Source of the DNA: an uncultured Oscillospiraceae bacterium
Lineage (GTDB): Bacteria; Bacillota; Clostridia; Oscillospirales; QAMX01
Reading direction: 5' to 3'
NCBI GenBank assembly: GCA_964461815.1
Contig: CAYWVF010000008.1
Span: forward strand, 11,638-75,637
Length of the DNA: 64,000 bases
The position numbers were made by a program, and so were the translations under genes. The notes under the pieces were generated by a model. The model searched no databases. It was not told the origin of the DNA and worked only from the letters and a program-made list of their open reading frames with translations. Each line of letters begins with the position of its first letter. Position 1 is the first letter of the stretch. Shown here one piece after another: positions 1-8,895 of this stretch.

Positions 1-884
1 CGGATCGTCAAAGGCTCGATACCGACTTCCTGCCGATGTTCTCACTGCTCTACTTCCTCGAGGAAATGATAGAGCGGATGGAAAAGCTCGGTCTGCCGTA
101 CAAGGTCATATCAGATACGCTCCAGGGCTTTGATGCGGAGATCAACGACTACTACGGCTTGTTTAACAGGAGCGGAATGAGGATATACGTAGGCTGGTTC
201 CTGCTTTTTGTAAAGGGTAAGCTTATCAGGATCGGACGACTCAACTTCGAAATGACAACGCTCAACGAGAAGATCAGAGCATATAAAAAGGGCGATGATA
301 TAAAAATACTCATCGACGGTCAGTATATGCATGAAAAGGGCATGGTATTCGGCTCGGAGGGACAGACGGATGAGTCGGGTAAGTACTATGCGGATATCGT
401 AGAGGATGGCGACACGGTAACAGGCTATGCGTGCAATGAATACGGCGAGTGTGTAAGAGAAAAAGTCACGCTTCAAGGCTATGAGGAGATACTTCGCTAC
501 GGCGATAAGGTCATAAATGTACATATCCCGGCAAATGAGCCGTTCAATGCTCAGCTGTGCGAGGAATCGTATGCAAATGCGAGAAAAATATTCGATAAGT
601 ATTTCCCGGAGCATAAATATAAGGCATTTTGCTGCTTCTCGTGGATGCTGGAGAAGAGACTGAAGCAGATCATGGGCAGAGATACGAATATAACGCTGTT
701 TGCAGATAAATTCAGCGGCTTCCCGATCAGATCGGGCAAGGAGGGCTGCATGACATACCTGTATCACACTAAAGGAAAGGTAGATATAGGTGAGCTGCCA
801 GAGAATAACTCGATGCAGAGAGCTGTAAAAAAATATTTCCTCGACGGCAATATTTATTATGAAAAGGGCGGACTGTTCCTGTAA
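1..884 (+). CDS. hypothetical protein, 5' end cut by window edge; possibly NAT_N/GNAT_C-type acyltransferase-fold protein
   Basis: The frame is open from nt 3 with no stop before the ATG at 36. It has coding-like composition and ends at a strong terminator hairpin. The family guess is from memory only. Confidence 0.5.
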   Translation, partial: DRQRLDTDFLPMFSLLYFLEEMIERMEKLGLPYKVISDTLQGFDAEINDYYGLFNRSGMRIYVGWFLLFVKGKLIRIGRLNFEMTTLNEKIRAYKKGDDIKILIDGQYMHEKGMVFGSEGQTDESGKYYADIVEDGDTVTGYACNEYGECVREKVTLQGYEEILRYGDKVINVHIPANEPFNAQLCEESYANARKIFDKYFPEHKYKAFCCFSWMLEKRLKQIMGRDTNITLFADKFSGFPIRSGKEGCMTYLYHTKGKVDIGELPENNSMQRAVKKYFLDGNIYYEKGGLFL

Positions 885-890
885 AAAATA

Positions 891-920
891 AGCACCCTAA
901 AAGCTTTGTCTTTTAGGGTG
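891..920. terminator. bidirectional intrinsic terminator between convergent genes
   Basis: 12-bp perfect stem gcaccctaaaag / cttttagggtgc with loop ctttgt. It is flanked by an A-run upstream and a T-rich run downstream. Confidence 0.8.
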
Positions 921-941
921 CATTAATTTTATGGTGTACTA

Positions 942-1487
942 TTAACCGAAGTATCTCTTCAGCAGACCCTCGAATGCTCTGCCGTGGCGAGCCTCGTCCT
1001 TTGCCATCTCGTGAACTGTATCATGGATAGCGTCGAGGTTGAGCTTCTTTGCGAGTGTTGCAAGCTCCTTCTTGCCCTTACATGCGCCACTCTCAGCTTC
1101 AACACGCAGCTCGAGGTTCTTCTTTGTGGAGTCTGTTACGACCTCACCGAGAAGCTCTGCAAACTTTGCAGCGTGCTCTGCTTCTTCATATGCTGCCTTT
1201 TCCCAGTAAAGACCGATCTCGGGATAGCCTTCACGATGAGCAACTCTCGCCATTGCAAGATACATACCAACCTCTGTGCATTCGCCTGTGAAGTTAGCTC
1301 TGAGTCCCTCGATGATAGCGGGATCAACGCCCTTTGCAACGCCAACTACATGCTCGTCAACCCACTCTGTCTTTGTCTCGTCTACTTCGTTGAACTTGGA
1401 AGCAGGAGCCTTGCACTGAGGACATGCTTCGGGAGCTTCATCACCTGTATGTACATAGCCGCAGATCGTGCAAACAAATTTCTTCAT
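942..1487 (-). CDS. rbr: reverse rubrerythrin (N-terminal rubredoxin-like domain plus ferritin-like diiron domain)
   Basis: The N-terminus [10 protein letters not shown]...CPQCKAP carries two CxxC pairs. It is followed by the diiron E..EExH-type motifs EAEHAAKF and AKDEARH. Confidence 0.9.
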   Translation of the reverse strand: MKKFVCTICGYVHTGDEAPEACPQCKAPASKFNEVDETKTEWVDEHVVGVAKGVDPAIIEGLRANFTGECTEVGMYLAMARVAHREGYPEIGLYWEKAAYEEAEHAAKFAELLGEVVTDSTKKNLELRVEAESGACKGKKELATLAKKLNLDAIHDTVHEMAKDEARHGRAFEGLLKRYFG

Positions 1488-1544
1488 AATAAATACCTTC
1501 CTTAAATCTATATTTTATTTTTTTATTTTCTTTATCGTGATTAA

Positions 1545-1573
1545 AGTATACCACATAGGTATAGTTTTTACAA
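1545..1573 (-). promoter_or_regulatory. sigma-A-type promoter of rubrerythrin with embedded inverted repeat
   Basis: On the minus strand: TTGTAA, 17-nt spacer, TGgTATACT (extended -10). The inverted repeat tatacc-N5-ggtata (1547-1563) overlaps the -10 and the spacer. Confidence 0.55.
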
Positions 1574-1611
1574 TCGGTAAAATGCACAATGTTATATATT
1601 TTTAGCAAGAG

Positions 1612-3078
1612 TTACTTGGCAAACTTGCTGCGAATAGCAGAAAGCTCCTGCTTTATCTCACCTGAGAGCGTCAGAGCTACGGCGTAAACGGCGATGCCGG
1701 CGATAACAGCGGCGGCGACTGCGAGGAATGCTGAGGAGATAGCCTCCGATACGATGTAGGCGACGAGCATACAGAGGATGCTCGGGATAAAGATATTGAG
1801 GAATCTGCGGAGCGGCAGCTTAAAGAGGAATATTTTTCTTGATCTTACAGCCGATATGGTAAAATACAGAGCAAAGGCTATGATGGAGCTTATTCCGGCT
1901 CCGAAAATACCCATCGACGGCAGGAGTACAAATGTAGCGGCGACCTTGACAGCCATGGAGATCAGAGCATTCTGCATTATCGGCTTTGTATCACCTCGAA
2001 GCTCCCAGGATTTTATCGCATACTCTGTCAGACCTGTAAAGAACATTGCTACTGCGCTGAGTCCGATTATATAGAAGCCCCAGACGTAGCTTTCCTCGAA
2101 CAGCAGCATACTCAGCTTGTGACCGATACCGATAAGACCTGCGGCGGCAGGCATTGCGACGAGCAGATATATCCTGACACTGTTATCGAGTACGCTTTGA
2201 GCGGATTTAAAGCCGCCCTCACGGTAGCTGCGGAGTATGGATGGGTAGACGGCACGCATGATACCTACCATGAGCATTGTAAATACCGAGGAGCTGATGG
2301 TATTATTGGTATAATATACGGCAAAATCCGCACCGAAAAAGATGATGACGAAGCGGTCTACGAAGTTGAGCAGTCCGACGCTGAGACTGACACCCATGAG
2401 CGGGACACCGTATTTTAGGAGTGTGGAGGTAAGCTTTTTTGAAAATGAGTTGAGCTTAAAGCTTTTCGGGATGCCCAGCAGGATAACGCCTGCTATGCCG
2501 GAGAGCAGCTCGGCGCATACGTATGCGATAACGGCAGGTATAGCACTGTCGGACTGAGTGCTGCGGCTCACGATAAAGCAGACCAGCCATATTATCGTAG
2601 GCTTTACTACGGCTGAGATGAGCGACAGAGAGATGCTTTCACGCTTTTTTCCTACCTGAACGAGCATGGCGAGCGTGATCTGATAGACGCTGTTTGCGGT
2701 GAACATAAAGCAGACGGCGAATATCGTCAGCTTATTTACATCCGAAGGGATGGCAGACAGTCCGACTCCGCAGATGTATACGAAAATATTTGTGGCTATC
2801 CATATCAAGCTGCACGTCGAGAAAAATGAGATGCGTCGCGAGTCGTCCTTTGATTCATCTCCGACGTAGCGTGCGGCAGAGTTTGTCAGCCAGCTTATAA
2901 GGAGCAGATATGAGAATGATACGATGGTATTGATCGAGCCGAAGGAATCGACCGCTCCGGTTGTGAGTGCATGAGAAATATATGACAGGGTAAAAATACC
3001 CACGAGTCCTTCGAGTATTTTTGCGGGAAGAAACAGCATGGTATCACGTGCCATACTGCGCTTGCTGTTGCTGTCCAA
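1612..3078 (-). CDS. polysaccharide/oligosaccharide flippase (Wzx/MOP superfamily)
   Basis: 488-aa protein that is hydrophobic throughout (about 12-14 TM), with the typical MOP flippase length. It is divergent from a glycosyltransferase gene. Confidence 0.75.
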   Translation of the reverse strand: MDSNSKRSMARDTMLFLPAKILEGLVGIFTLSYISHALTTGAVDSFGSINTIVSFSYLLLISWLTNSAARYVGDESKDDSRRISFFSTCSLIWIATNIFVYICGVGLSAIPSDVNKLTIFAVCFMFTANSVYQITLAMLVQVGKKRESISLSLISAVVKPTIIWLVCFIVSRSTQSDSAIPAVIAYVCAELLSGIAGVILLGIPKSFKLNSFSKKLTSTLLKYGVPLMGVSLSVGLLNFVDRFVIIFFGADFAVYYTNNTISSSVFTMLMVGIMRAVYPSILRSYREGGFKSAQSVLDNSVRIYLLVAMPAAAGLIGIGHKLSMLLFEESYVWGFYIIGLSAVAMFFTGLTEYAIKSWELRGDTKPIMQNALISMAVKVAATFVLLPSMGIFGAGISSIIAFALYFTISAVRSRKIFLFKLPLRRFLNIFIPSILCMLVAYIVSEAISSAFLAVAAAVIAGIAVYAVALTLSGEIKQELSAIRSKFAK

Positions 3079-3139
3079 TGGCTGTACCTCCGATATATAA
3101 ATATACTTTACTTTTTTCGCAGATTATTATATAATATTA

Positions 3140-3168
3140 TTGCATATAATTCAAGCTTATAGTATTAA
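3140..3168 (+). promoter_or_regulatory. candidate promoter for the GT4-CsaB gene
   Basis: TTGCAT, 17-nt spacer, TATTAA, about 25 nt upstream of the ATG at 3194. Confidence 0.45.
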
Positions 3169-3193
3169 CAAATGATTTTTGTGGGATGATAAT

Positions 3194-5407
3194 ATGAAAA
3201 TTTTACACGTTATAGGCGGTGGCGACGTAGGTGGTGCAAAGCCTGCGGTGATCTCGCTGCTGTCGAGGATAAGCAAAAGCTGTACGATAAAGCTTGTGAG
3301 CTTTCGAAGCGGAGTGTTCTCGGAGGAAGCGGAAAATGCAGGTATCGATACAGAGGTTATCGAAATAAAGAATCTCCATTCGGATTTCAAAAGACTGCTT
3401 GCGGTCTGCGATGAATTTAAGCCGGATATAATCCACAGTCACGGCGCAAGAGGAAACCTTATGGGAGTGATGCTTAAGAAAAAGAGAAAGCTCCCTCTCG
3501 TCACCACGCTCCATTCGGACTATAAGCGTGATTATATGGGCAGATCCATCGTAGGAAAGCTGTACGGGCTTATAAATTCATGTATGCTCAGGTTCGTGGA
3601 CTACTACACCTGTGTATCGGACAAGACTGCACGGCTCATGATATCGAGAGGCTTTGATACACAGTCGATGTTCGTGATATATAACGGCATAGACTTCGAC
3701 GGCGGCTATGAGCTCAGGGACAGAGCAGGCTATCTGAAGTCGCTCGGCTGTGAGTACAACGAGGGCGATGTTGTAGTAGGAATAGCGGCAAGGCTTACGG
3801 CGGTAAAGAATGTGTCGTCGCTGATCAAGGCACTGAATATCGCACTGGAGAAAGCTCCGCAGCTGAGGCTTGTCATTGCAGGCGACGGTGAAGAGCGTGA
3901 GATGCTGGAGTCGCTGGCAAAGGAGCTCGACATCAGCGACAGAGTGACCTTTGCAGGATGGATAGGAAACATAAGAGAGTTCCTTGCAGCAATAGACATA
4001 AACGTCATATGCTCGTTATCGGAGGCTTTTCCGTACAGTATACTCGAGGGCATACGTGAAAAATGTGCAACTGTAGTAACGAGGGTAGGCGGACTGCCCG
4101 AGGTAGTGAGTGATAATATAGATGGCTTTGTGGTAGAGCCGGGCTTTCCCGAATACCTTGCGGAAAGACTGGTACGGTATGCGAATAATGATGATCTTCG
4201 CAAGACATATGCGAGACGACTTTATGAAAAGGCAAGCAAGATGTGTTCGCTTGACAAGATGGCATCCGATCAGCTTGAGATATACAATACCGTGATGCGT
4301 AGATTCCCGAAGAAGAAGCAGCGCAACGGTGTGACGATATGCGGAGCCTACGGTAAGGGGAATGCAGGAGATGATGCAATACTTGATGCTATAATCGGAG
4401 AGCTTCGGTCGGTGGATCGTGATCTTCCGATATGCGTGATGTCAAAGGATCCGAAGGCGACGAAGCTTAAGTACAGAGTAGATGCCATATTCACCTTTAA
4501 TCTGCCTGCTATCATCTATAAGTTCAGCCGTTCGAAGCTCTATATCAACGGCGGCGGCAGTCTAATACAGGACATCACCTCAACCAGATCACTGTATTTT
4601 TACCTGTGGACGCTGTGGACTGCAAAGAAAGTCGGCTGCAAGGTGATGATGTACGGGTGCGGAATAGGACCTGTAAGGATCGAGCGCAACAGGGAGCTGA
4701 GTGCATCGGTGATAAACAGCAGCGTTGACGTGATAACTCTGCGTGAGGACGGCTCGGCATTAGAGCTTAAGAGGATGGGAATAGACAAGCCCGAGATAAT
4801 ACTTGCCGCAGACCCGGCGCTGACACTTACTCCGGCTTCACGGCTGATGATACGTAAGGTGATGGCTGAGGAGAGGATACCGTTTGACGGAAAATATCTG
4901 TGTCTGTGTATGCGCCCATGGGAGGGCTACGAGGAGATAACGGATGCTATAGCGGCAGCGGCAGACTATGCACTCGAAAAATACAAGATGAAAACGGTGA
5001 TACTTCCCATCGAGCTGCCACGTGACAGTGACGCAGGACAGATGATAGCGGACAAGATGAAAAGTAAGCCGTATATGGTCAAAAAGCGCTACGACAGTGC
5101 GATAACGATAGGTATCATATCTAGAATGGCGGCTGTTATGGGCATGAGACTTCACTCGCTTGTATTTGCATCAAACGTCGAGGTACCTGTCGCAGGGCTC
5201 ATGTACGATATGAAGGTCGAGGGCTTTATGAATTACATCGGAAAAGACCTGTATTGTGAGCTGAGCGAGGTAACGTATGAAAAATTGTGCGAGTTTATCG
5301 ATAAAATGGAGTCGTGCGACGGTGTAGCGCTCAAGGACAACATAGACCAGCTGCGAGTACTGGAAAAGGAAAACATAAATGCTGCAAAGAGGCTGCTGGG
5401 GTATTAA
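3194..5407 (+). CDS. fusion protein: GT4-family glycosyltransferase (N-terminal half) plus CsaB-type polysaccharide pyruvyl transferase (C-terminal half)
   Basis: The N-terminus MKILHVIGGGDVGGA and the EAFPYSILEGI...GGLPEVV region form a GT4 E-x7-E-type motif. After the KKKQRNG linker (about nt 4301-4330), ICGAYGKGNAGDDAILDAII is typical of CsaB/pyruvyl transferases. It is a single uninterrupted ORF. Confidence 0.8.
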   Translation: MKILHVIGGGDVGGAKPAVISLLSRISKSCTIKLVSFRSGVFSEEAENAGIDTEVIEIKNLHSDFKRLLAVCDEFKPDIIHSHGARGNLMGVMLKKKRKLPLVTTLHSDYKRDYMGRSIVGKLYGLINSCMLRFVDYYTCVSDKTARLMISRGFDTQSMFVIYNGIDFDGGYELRDRAGYLKSLGCEYNEGDVVVGIAARLTAVKNVSSLIKALNIALEKAPQLRLVIAGDGEEREMLESLAKELDISDRVTFAGWIGNIREFLAAIDINVICSLSEAFPYSILEGIREKCATVVTRVGGLPEVVSDNIDGFVVEPGFPEYLAERLVRYANNDDLRKTYARRLYEKASKMCSLDKMASDQLEIYNTVMRRFPKKKQRNGVTICGAYGKGNAGDDAILDAIIGELRSVDRDLPICVMSKDPKATKLKYRVDAIFTFNLPAIIYKFSRSKLYINGGGSLIQDITSTRSLYFYLWTLWTAKKVGCKVMMYGCGIGPVRIERNRELSASVINSSVDVITLREDGSALELKRMGIDKPEIILAADPALTLTPASRLMIRKVMAEERIPFDGKYLCLCMRPWEGYEEITDAIAAAADYALEKYKMKTVILPIELPRDSDAGQMIADKMKSKPYMVKKRYDSAITIGIISRMAAVMGMRLHSLVFASNVEVPVAGLMYDMKVEGFMNYIGKDLYCELSEVTYEKLCEFIDKMESCDGVALKDNIDQLRVLEKENINAAKRLLGY

Positions 5408-6864
5408 AGCTTACAGAGACTGAATGCAAAATCATTGAATTTAACATTGAACGTACCTTCGAGCACTGCTTTTGCTGCCTGAGATGCAGCGGAGCGGTGC
5501 TCCGGCATTGTATAGACAAAGCCGTGATACTTGCTCTCACTGAAGGATCTTACCCAGTCATCAACAGGGAATATCTCGTTGAGCGGAAGATATCCGTCGG
5601 AGTTCTTGATGATACACTGAGGTGCTTCCTTAAATACTGCGTGAGGCGGAAAGTCGAGCCATAAAAACTCGGACGGTATCTCATGCGACAGCTTGTCGGC
5701 AGAGTAGCTGCATATCTCGTTTATTACCGTACTGCGTATATCCTCGTCTGAAAATGCAGATATGATACGACCGAGCGCAGCAGGATTTTCAAGTGTTCTC
5801 GGAGAAACGCAGAATGCACGCTTCGGAAGTATCCTGTTTCTGAGCATGTTTATATACTCGCCGACCTCGGGAAGCTCACTTTTGAGATTGAACACATCAC
5901 TGTCGGTTATGTCGAGAAAATCATCGACAGTCGTAAGCTCCGGAGTCTTTTTGAAAATGCTTCTGAGCACGCAGCCTGCACAGCGCACTTTTTGATGTTG
6001 ATAGATCGTGGAGGTGAGCATCATCTTATTAAATATGATCTCTTCAAGCGCACTCACACCGCTAAAATCGATAGCAAGTCGAATGAGTCCCTCACGATCA
6101 CGGATGACGTCGAGCGTGTACATGAGTCTGGGCAGGTTCAGCGGCATATTTATACCTGTGCAGTGAGCATCACGCATGAGGTAGTCGAGCTTGTCTGCAT
6201 CGAACGCACCGTTGATGATGGCTACGGCGAATGCAAGCTCCGGCCGCTTCACACGGTCAACGTAGCCTACGATCATATCGCCCATAAAATCGAGGTCGAG
6301 ATATATACCGTAAAAGCCCTTGATGATCCTCTCGTTGTATTCACGCATAGGCTCACTTGTAACGATCATGAACGACAGTATCTCGTGAGCGCTTGCGCCG
6401 GAAAGACGAGGATTAGAGTGCTTGACCTCTGCGAGCTGAGACTTGAATACCTGCTCGGAGGAGTGGGAAAACGGCCCGTGACCGCAGTCGTGAAGAATAG
6501 CGGCGGCACGACAGTTGTTATAGATGTAGTCACGGTCGATATCACTCAGCAGAGGGTTCTTTGCGGTGAACAGAGCGTTCACCATATTGCCGGCAATAGT
6601 CGCAACTCCGACGGTATGCTCGAATCGGTTGTGGTTTGCAGCCGGAAATACGAGCGATGCCACGTCGGTCTGCGAAATATGGCGCAGTCGCTGTATAAGA
6701 GGCAGGTCGATCAGAGCGATCTCGTGACCGCTGAACATATTTGTACCGTGAATACTGTCATGAATGACCTTTTGTCCCGGTGTGGATGTAAGGTCGTAGT
6801 GCGAGAGTGACCTGCGTACATAATCATCGATAAGCTTTCTAAGCTGTGTTTCAGATAAAGTCAT
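5404..6864 (-). CDS. HD-domain dNTP triphosphohydrolase, SAMHD1/EF1143-like
   Basis: The motifs IHDSIHG, LIQRLRHISQ, NHNRFEHTVGV, ILHDCGHGPFSH and DADKLDYLMRD line up with the SAMHD1 catalytic core. The start is taken at MTLSETQL, with GGGGA 7 nt upstream. Confidence 0.85.
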   Translation of the reverse strand: MTLSETQLRKLIDDYVRRSLSHYDLTSTPGQKVIHDSIHGTNMFSGHEIALIDLPLIQRLRHISQTDVASLVFPAANHNRFEHTVGVATIAGNMVNALFTAKNPLLSDIDRDYIYNNCRAAAILHDCGHGPFSHSSEQVFKSQLAEVKHSNPRLSGASAHEILSFMIVTSEPMREYNERIIKGFYGIYLDLDFMGDMIVGYVDRVKRPELAFAVAIINGAFDADKLDYLMRDAHCTGINMPLNLPRLMYTLDVIRDREGLIRLAIDFSGVSALEEIIFNKMMLTSTIYQHQKVRCAGCVLRSIFKKTPELTTVDDFLDITDSDVFNLKSELPEVGEYINMLRNRILPKRAFCVSPRTLENPAALGRIISAFSDEDIRSTVINEICSYSADKLSHEIPSEFLWLDFPPHAVFKEAPQCIIKNSDGYLPLNEIFPVDDWVRSFSESKYHGFVYTMPEHRSAASQAAKAVLEGTFNVKFNDFAFSLCKL

Positions 6865-6881
6865 AGCTGTTCCCCATTCCG

Positions 6882-7292
6882 TTAGATGTGAGAGTCGATA
6901 AGAGCGCAAAGCCTTGCGGCGCATTCCTTTACTATATCCTCCATACCTATGCGAAAGAGCTTTTCATAGGAGCTTATAAGCTCACCGCAGTCATGGTTTA
7001 CGATATAGATACTGTATGACGGATTGGTAGCTGCAAGTATACCCGAGGTTTCCAGTCGGAACAGTACACCGTCAAGATCCTCCGAAAACGGAGATATGCC
7101 CGATTCGTCAAAGAGAAAGTCACGGAACAGCTCGGGGTATTCGCCCTTGAGCTTATATACTGTTTTATGCAGAAATGAGTTGCTTTTCGGTATTTCATGG
7201 CGTCCCGATGCGTGGAGCACGGCACTGAGTATATCGTCGGCGGTTATTCTCAGCTCGAGTCGTCTGCGAAGCTCTGATATGCTTTGTTTCAT
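6882..7292 (-). CDS. small YwgA-like (winged-helix / Panacea-related) protein, operonic with the HD dNTPase
   Basis: 136-aa protein with GAGG 7 nt before its ATG, ending 17 nt before the HD gene. The segment LHKTVYKLKGEYPELF...FDESGISPFSEDLDGVLFRLETSGIL resembles the LQKxxY...YGPYSxEL...L pattern of YwgA/SocA-type proteins (recalled, not searched). Confidence 0.55.
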   Translation of the reverse strand: MKQSISELRRRLELRITADDILSAVLHASGRHEIPKSNSFLHKTVYKLKGEYPELFRDFLFDESGISPFSEDLDGVLFRLETSGILAATNPSYSIYIVNHDCGELISSYEKLFRIGMEDIVKECAARLCALIDSHI

Positions 7293-7406
7293 ATTGTACC
7301 TCGTGAAAATTATATTTATAAGTCCGCTTTGAAGCTTGATAACGCTCCGAAAGCGGTCTTTTTACATGATCTGTGTATTAAGTATACCACAAACGGGTGA
7401 AAAGAA

Positions 7407-7439
7407 CAAGGGAAGAAAGCTTTTGACCTTCTTCCCTTG
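7407..7439 (-). terminator. intrinsic terminator after uxaC
   Basis: 11-bp stem caagggaagaa / ttcttcccttg. On the minus strand it is followed by ttcttttcac. Confidence 0.7.
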
Positions 7440-7444
7440 ATATT

Positions 7445-8845
7445 TTACTCAAAGAAATATCTCTTAGCGTTATTGTAGCTGATATCCTGAACTATAGAGC
7501 CGAGCATCTCACGGTCAAATGGTATTTCGCCTCGCTCTGCCCATGCACCGATGTGATTACAAAGGATACGTCTGAAATATTCGTGACGTGTGTAGGAGAG
7601 GAAGCTTCTGGAGTCGGTGAGCATACCTACGAAGCGTGAGAGCAGACCGATGTTTCCGAGCTCTGTCATCTGACGGATCATGCCGTCCTGCTGATCGTTG
7701 AACCACCAGCCGGAGCCGAGCTGCATCTTGCCGATGGAGTTACCGTCGTTGAAGCAGGTGGCGAGTGCGATGAGAGCCATGTTGTCGCTCTGGTTAAGGC
7801 TGTAGAGTATCGTCTTCGGAAGCTCACCCTTTTCCTCGAGCGTGCCGAGAAGCTGTGCGAGCGCTCTTGCATACGGACGATCCTCGATAGCATCATAGCC
7901 TGTGTCGGGGCCGAGAAGCTTGAACATACGAGGATTGTTGTCACGGAGAGCTGCAATGTGTATCTGCATCGCCCAGTTACGCTTAGCATACTGAGCACCG
8001 AGGAACAGCATGAGAGCTGTGCGATAAGCGCATTCCTCATCGGCGGCTACGAGCTCACCGTTCAGAGCATGTGAAAGTGCGCTGTTTACCTTGATCGGAT
8101 CGGGATTGGCAAAGGTGACTATGTCGAACGCATGGTCGGAAATGCAGCAGCCTATCTCTGCGAAGTAGTCGAGACGGCGGTTCAAAGCATCTGTAAGATC
8201 GTCAAAGGATCTGATCGTAACGCCGGAGACCTCGCTGAGTGACTTGATATAGTCGGCGAAGGTCGGCTTATTGATATTCAGAGCCTTATCGGGACGGAAG
8301 GACGGAAGCACCTTTACATCAAAGCTCTTGTCGGCTGCGATCTGCTTGTGGTAGCGGAGATCGTCTATCGGATCGTCTGTCGTGCAGATGACCTCAACGC
8401 CGGAGCGCTTGATGATACCTCTCGTTGTGAAGTCGGGCTGAGATAGTACCTTATTACACTGCTCCCAAACCTCCTTGGCATTCTTGCCGGAGAGCGGCTC
8501 ATACACGTCAAAGTAGCGCTGAAGCTCAAGATGTGTCCAGTGATAGAGCGGATTTCCGATGCAGTAGGGCATTGTCTGAGCCCAACGCTCGAATTTTTCA
8601 TAATGTGAAGCGTCGCCTGTTATATACTTTTCGGGAACGCCGTTACCTCTCATTGCTCTCCATTTGTAATGGTCGCCGCCGAGCCATACCTCGGTGATAT
8701 CGTTGTAGCTTGTATCGTCGGCTATCTGCTGAGTGATGAGATGGCAGTGGTAATCTATGATAGGCATCTTAGATGCATATTCGTGGTAGAGTATTTGAGC
8801 TGCCTGCGAATCGAGCAGGAAGTCTTTATCCATAAAAGCTTTCAT
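7445..8845 (-). CDS. uxaC: glucuronate isomerase
   Basis: The N-terminus MKAFMDKDFLL....A..LYH.YA...PIIDYHCHL is the UxaC signature. The 466-aa length fits. Confidence 0.9.
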   Translation of the reverse strand: MKAFMDKDFLLDSQAAQILYHEYASKMPIIDYHCHLITQQIADDTSYNDITEVWLGGDHYKWRAMRGNGVPEKYITGDASHYEKFERWAQTMPYCIGNPLYHWTHLELQRYFDVYEPLSGKNAKEVWEQCNKVLSQPDFTTRGIIKRSGVEVICTTDDPIDDLRYHKQIAADKSFDVKVLPSFRPDKALNINKPTFADYIKSLSEVSGVTIRSFDDLTDALNRRLDYFAEIGCCISDHAFDIVTFANPDPIKVNSALSHALNGELVAADEECAYRTALMLFLGAQYAKRNWAMQIHIAALRDNNPRMFKLLGPDTGYDAIEDRPYARALAQLLGTLEEKGELPKTILYSLNQSDNMALIALATCFNDGNSIGKMQLGSGWWFNDQQDGMIRQMTELGNIGLLSRFVGMLTDSRSFLSYTRHEYFRRILCNHIGAWAERGEIPFDREMLGSIVQDISYNNAKRYFFE

Positions 8846-8895
8846 GGTATTCGGTCACTCCTTCTTAAATCAGAATACGTTATATTTAAAACAGC

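Noticed and set aside
111-767. 218-aa antisense ORF inside the first gene. The same pattern recurs at 984-1505, 5992-6810, 9334-10053, 11071-11589, 23575-24261, 30187-30660, 34152-34712, 44554-45180 and 50263-50907.
   Set aside because: Each lies wholly opposite a gene with clear family motifs. They have odd composition (Cys/Ser/Arg/Leu-rich, low complexity), no RBS and no recognisable domain. They are shadow ORFs.
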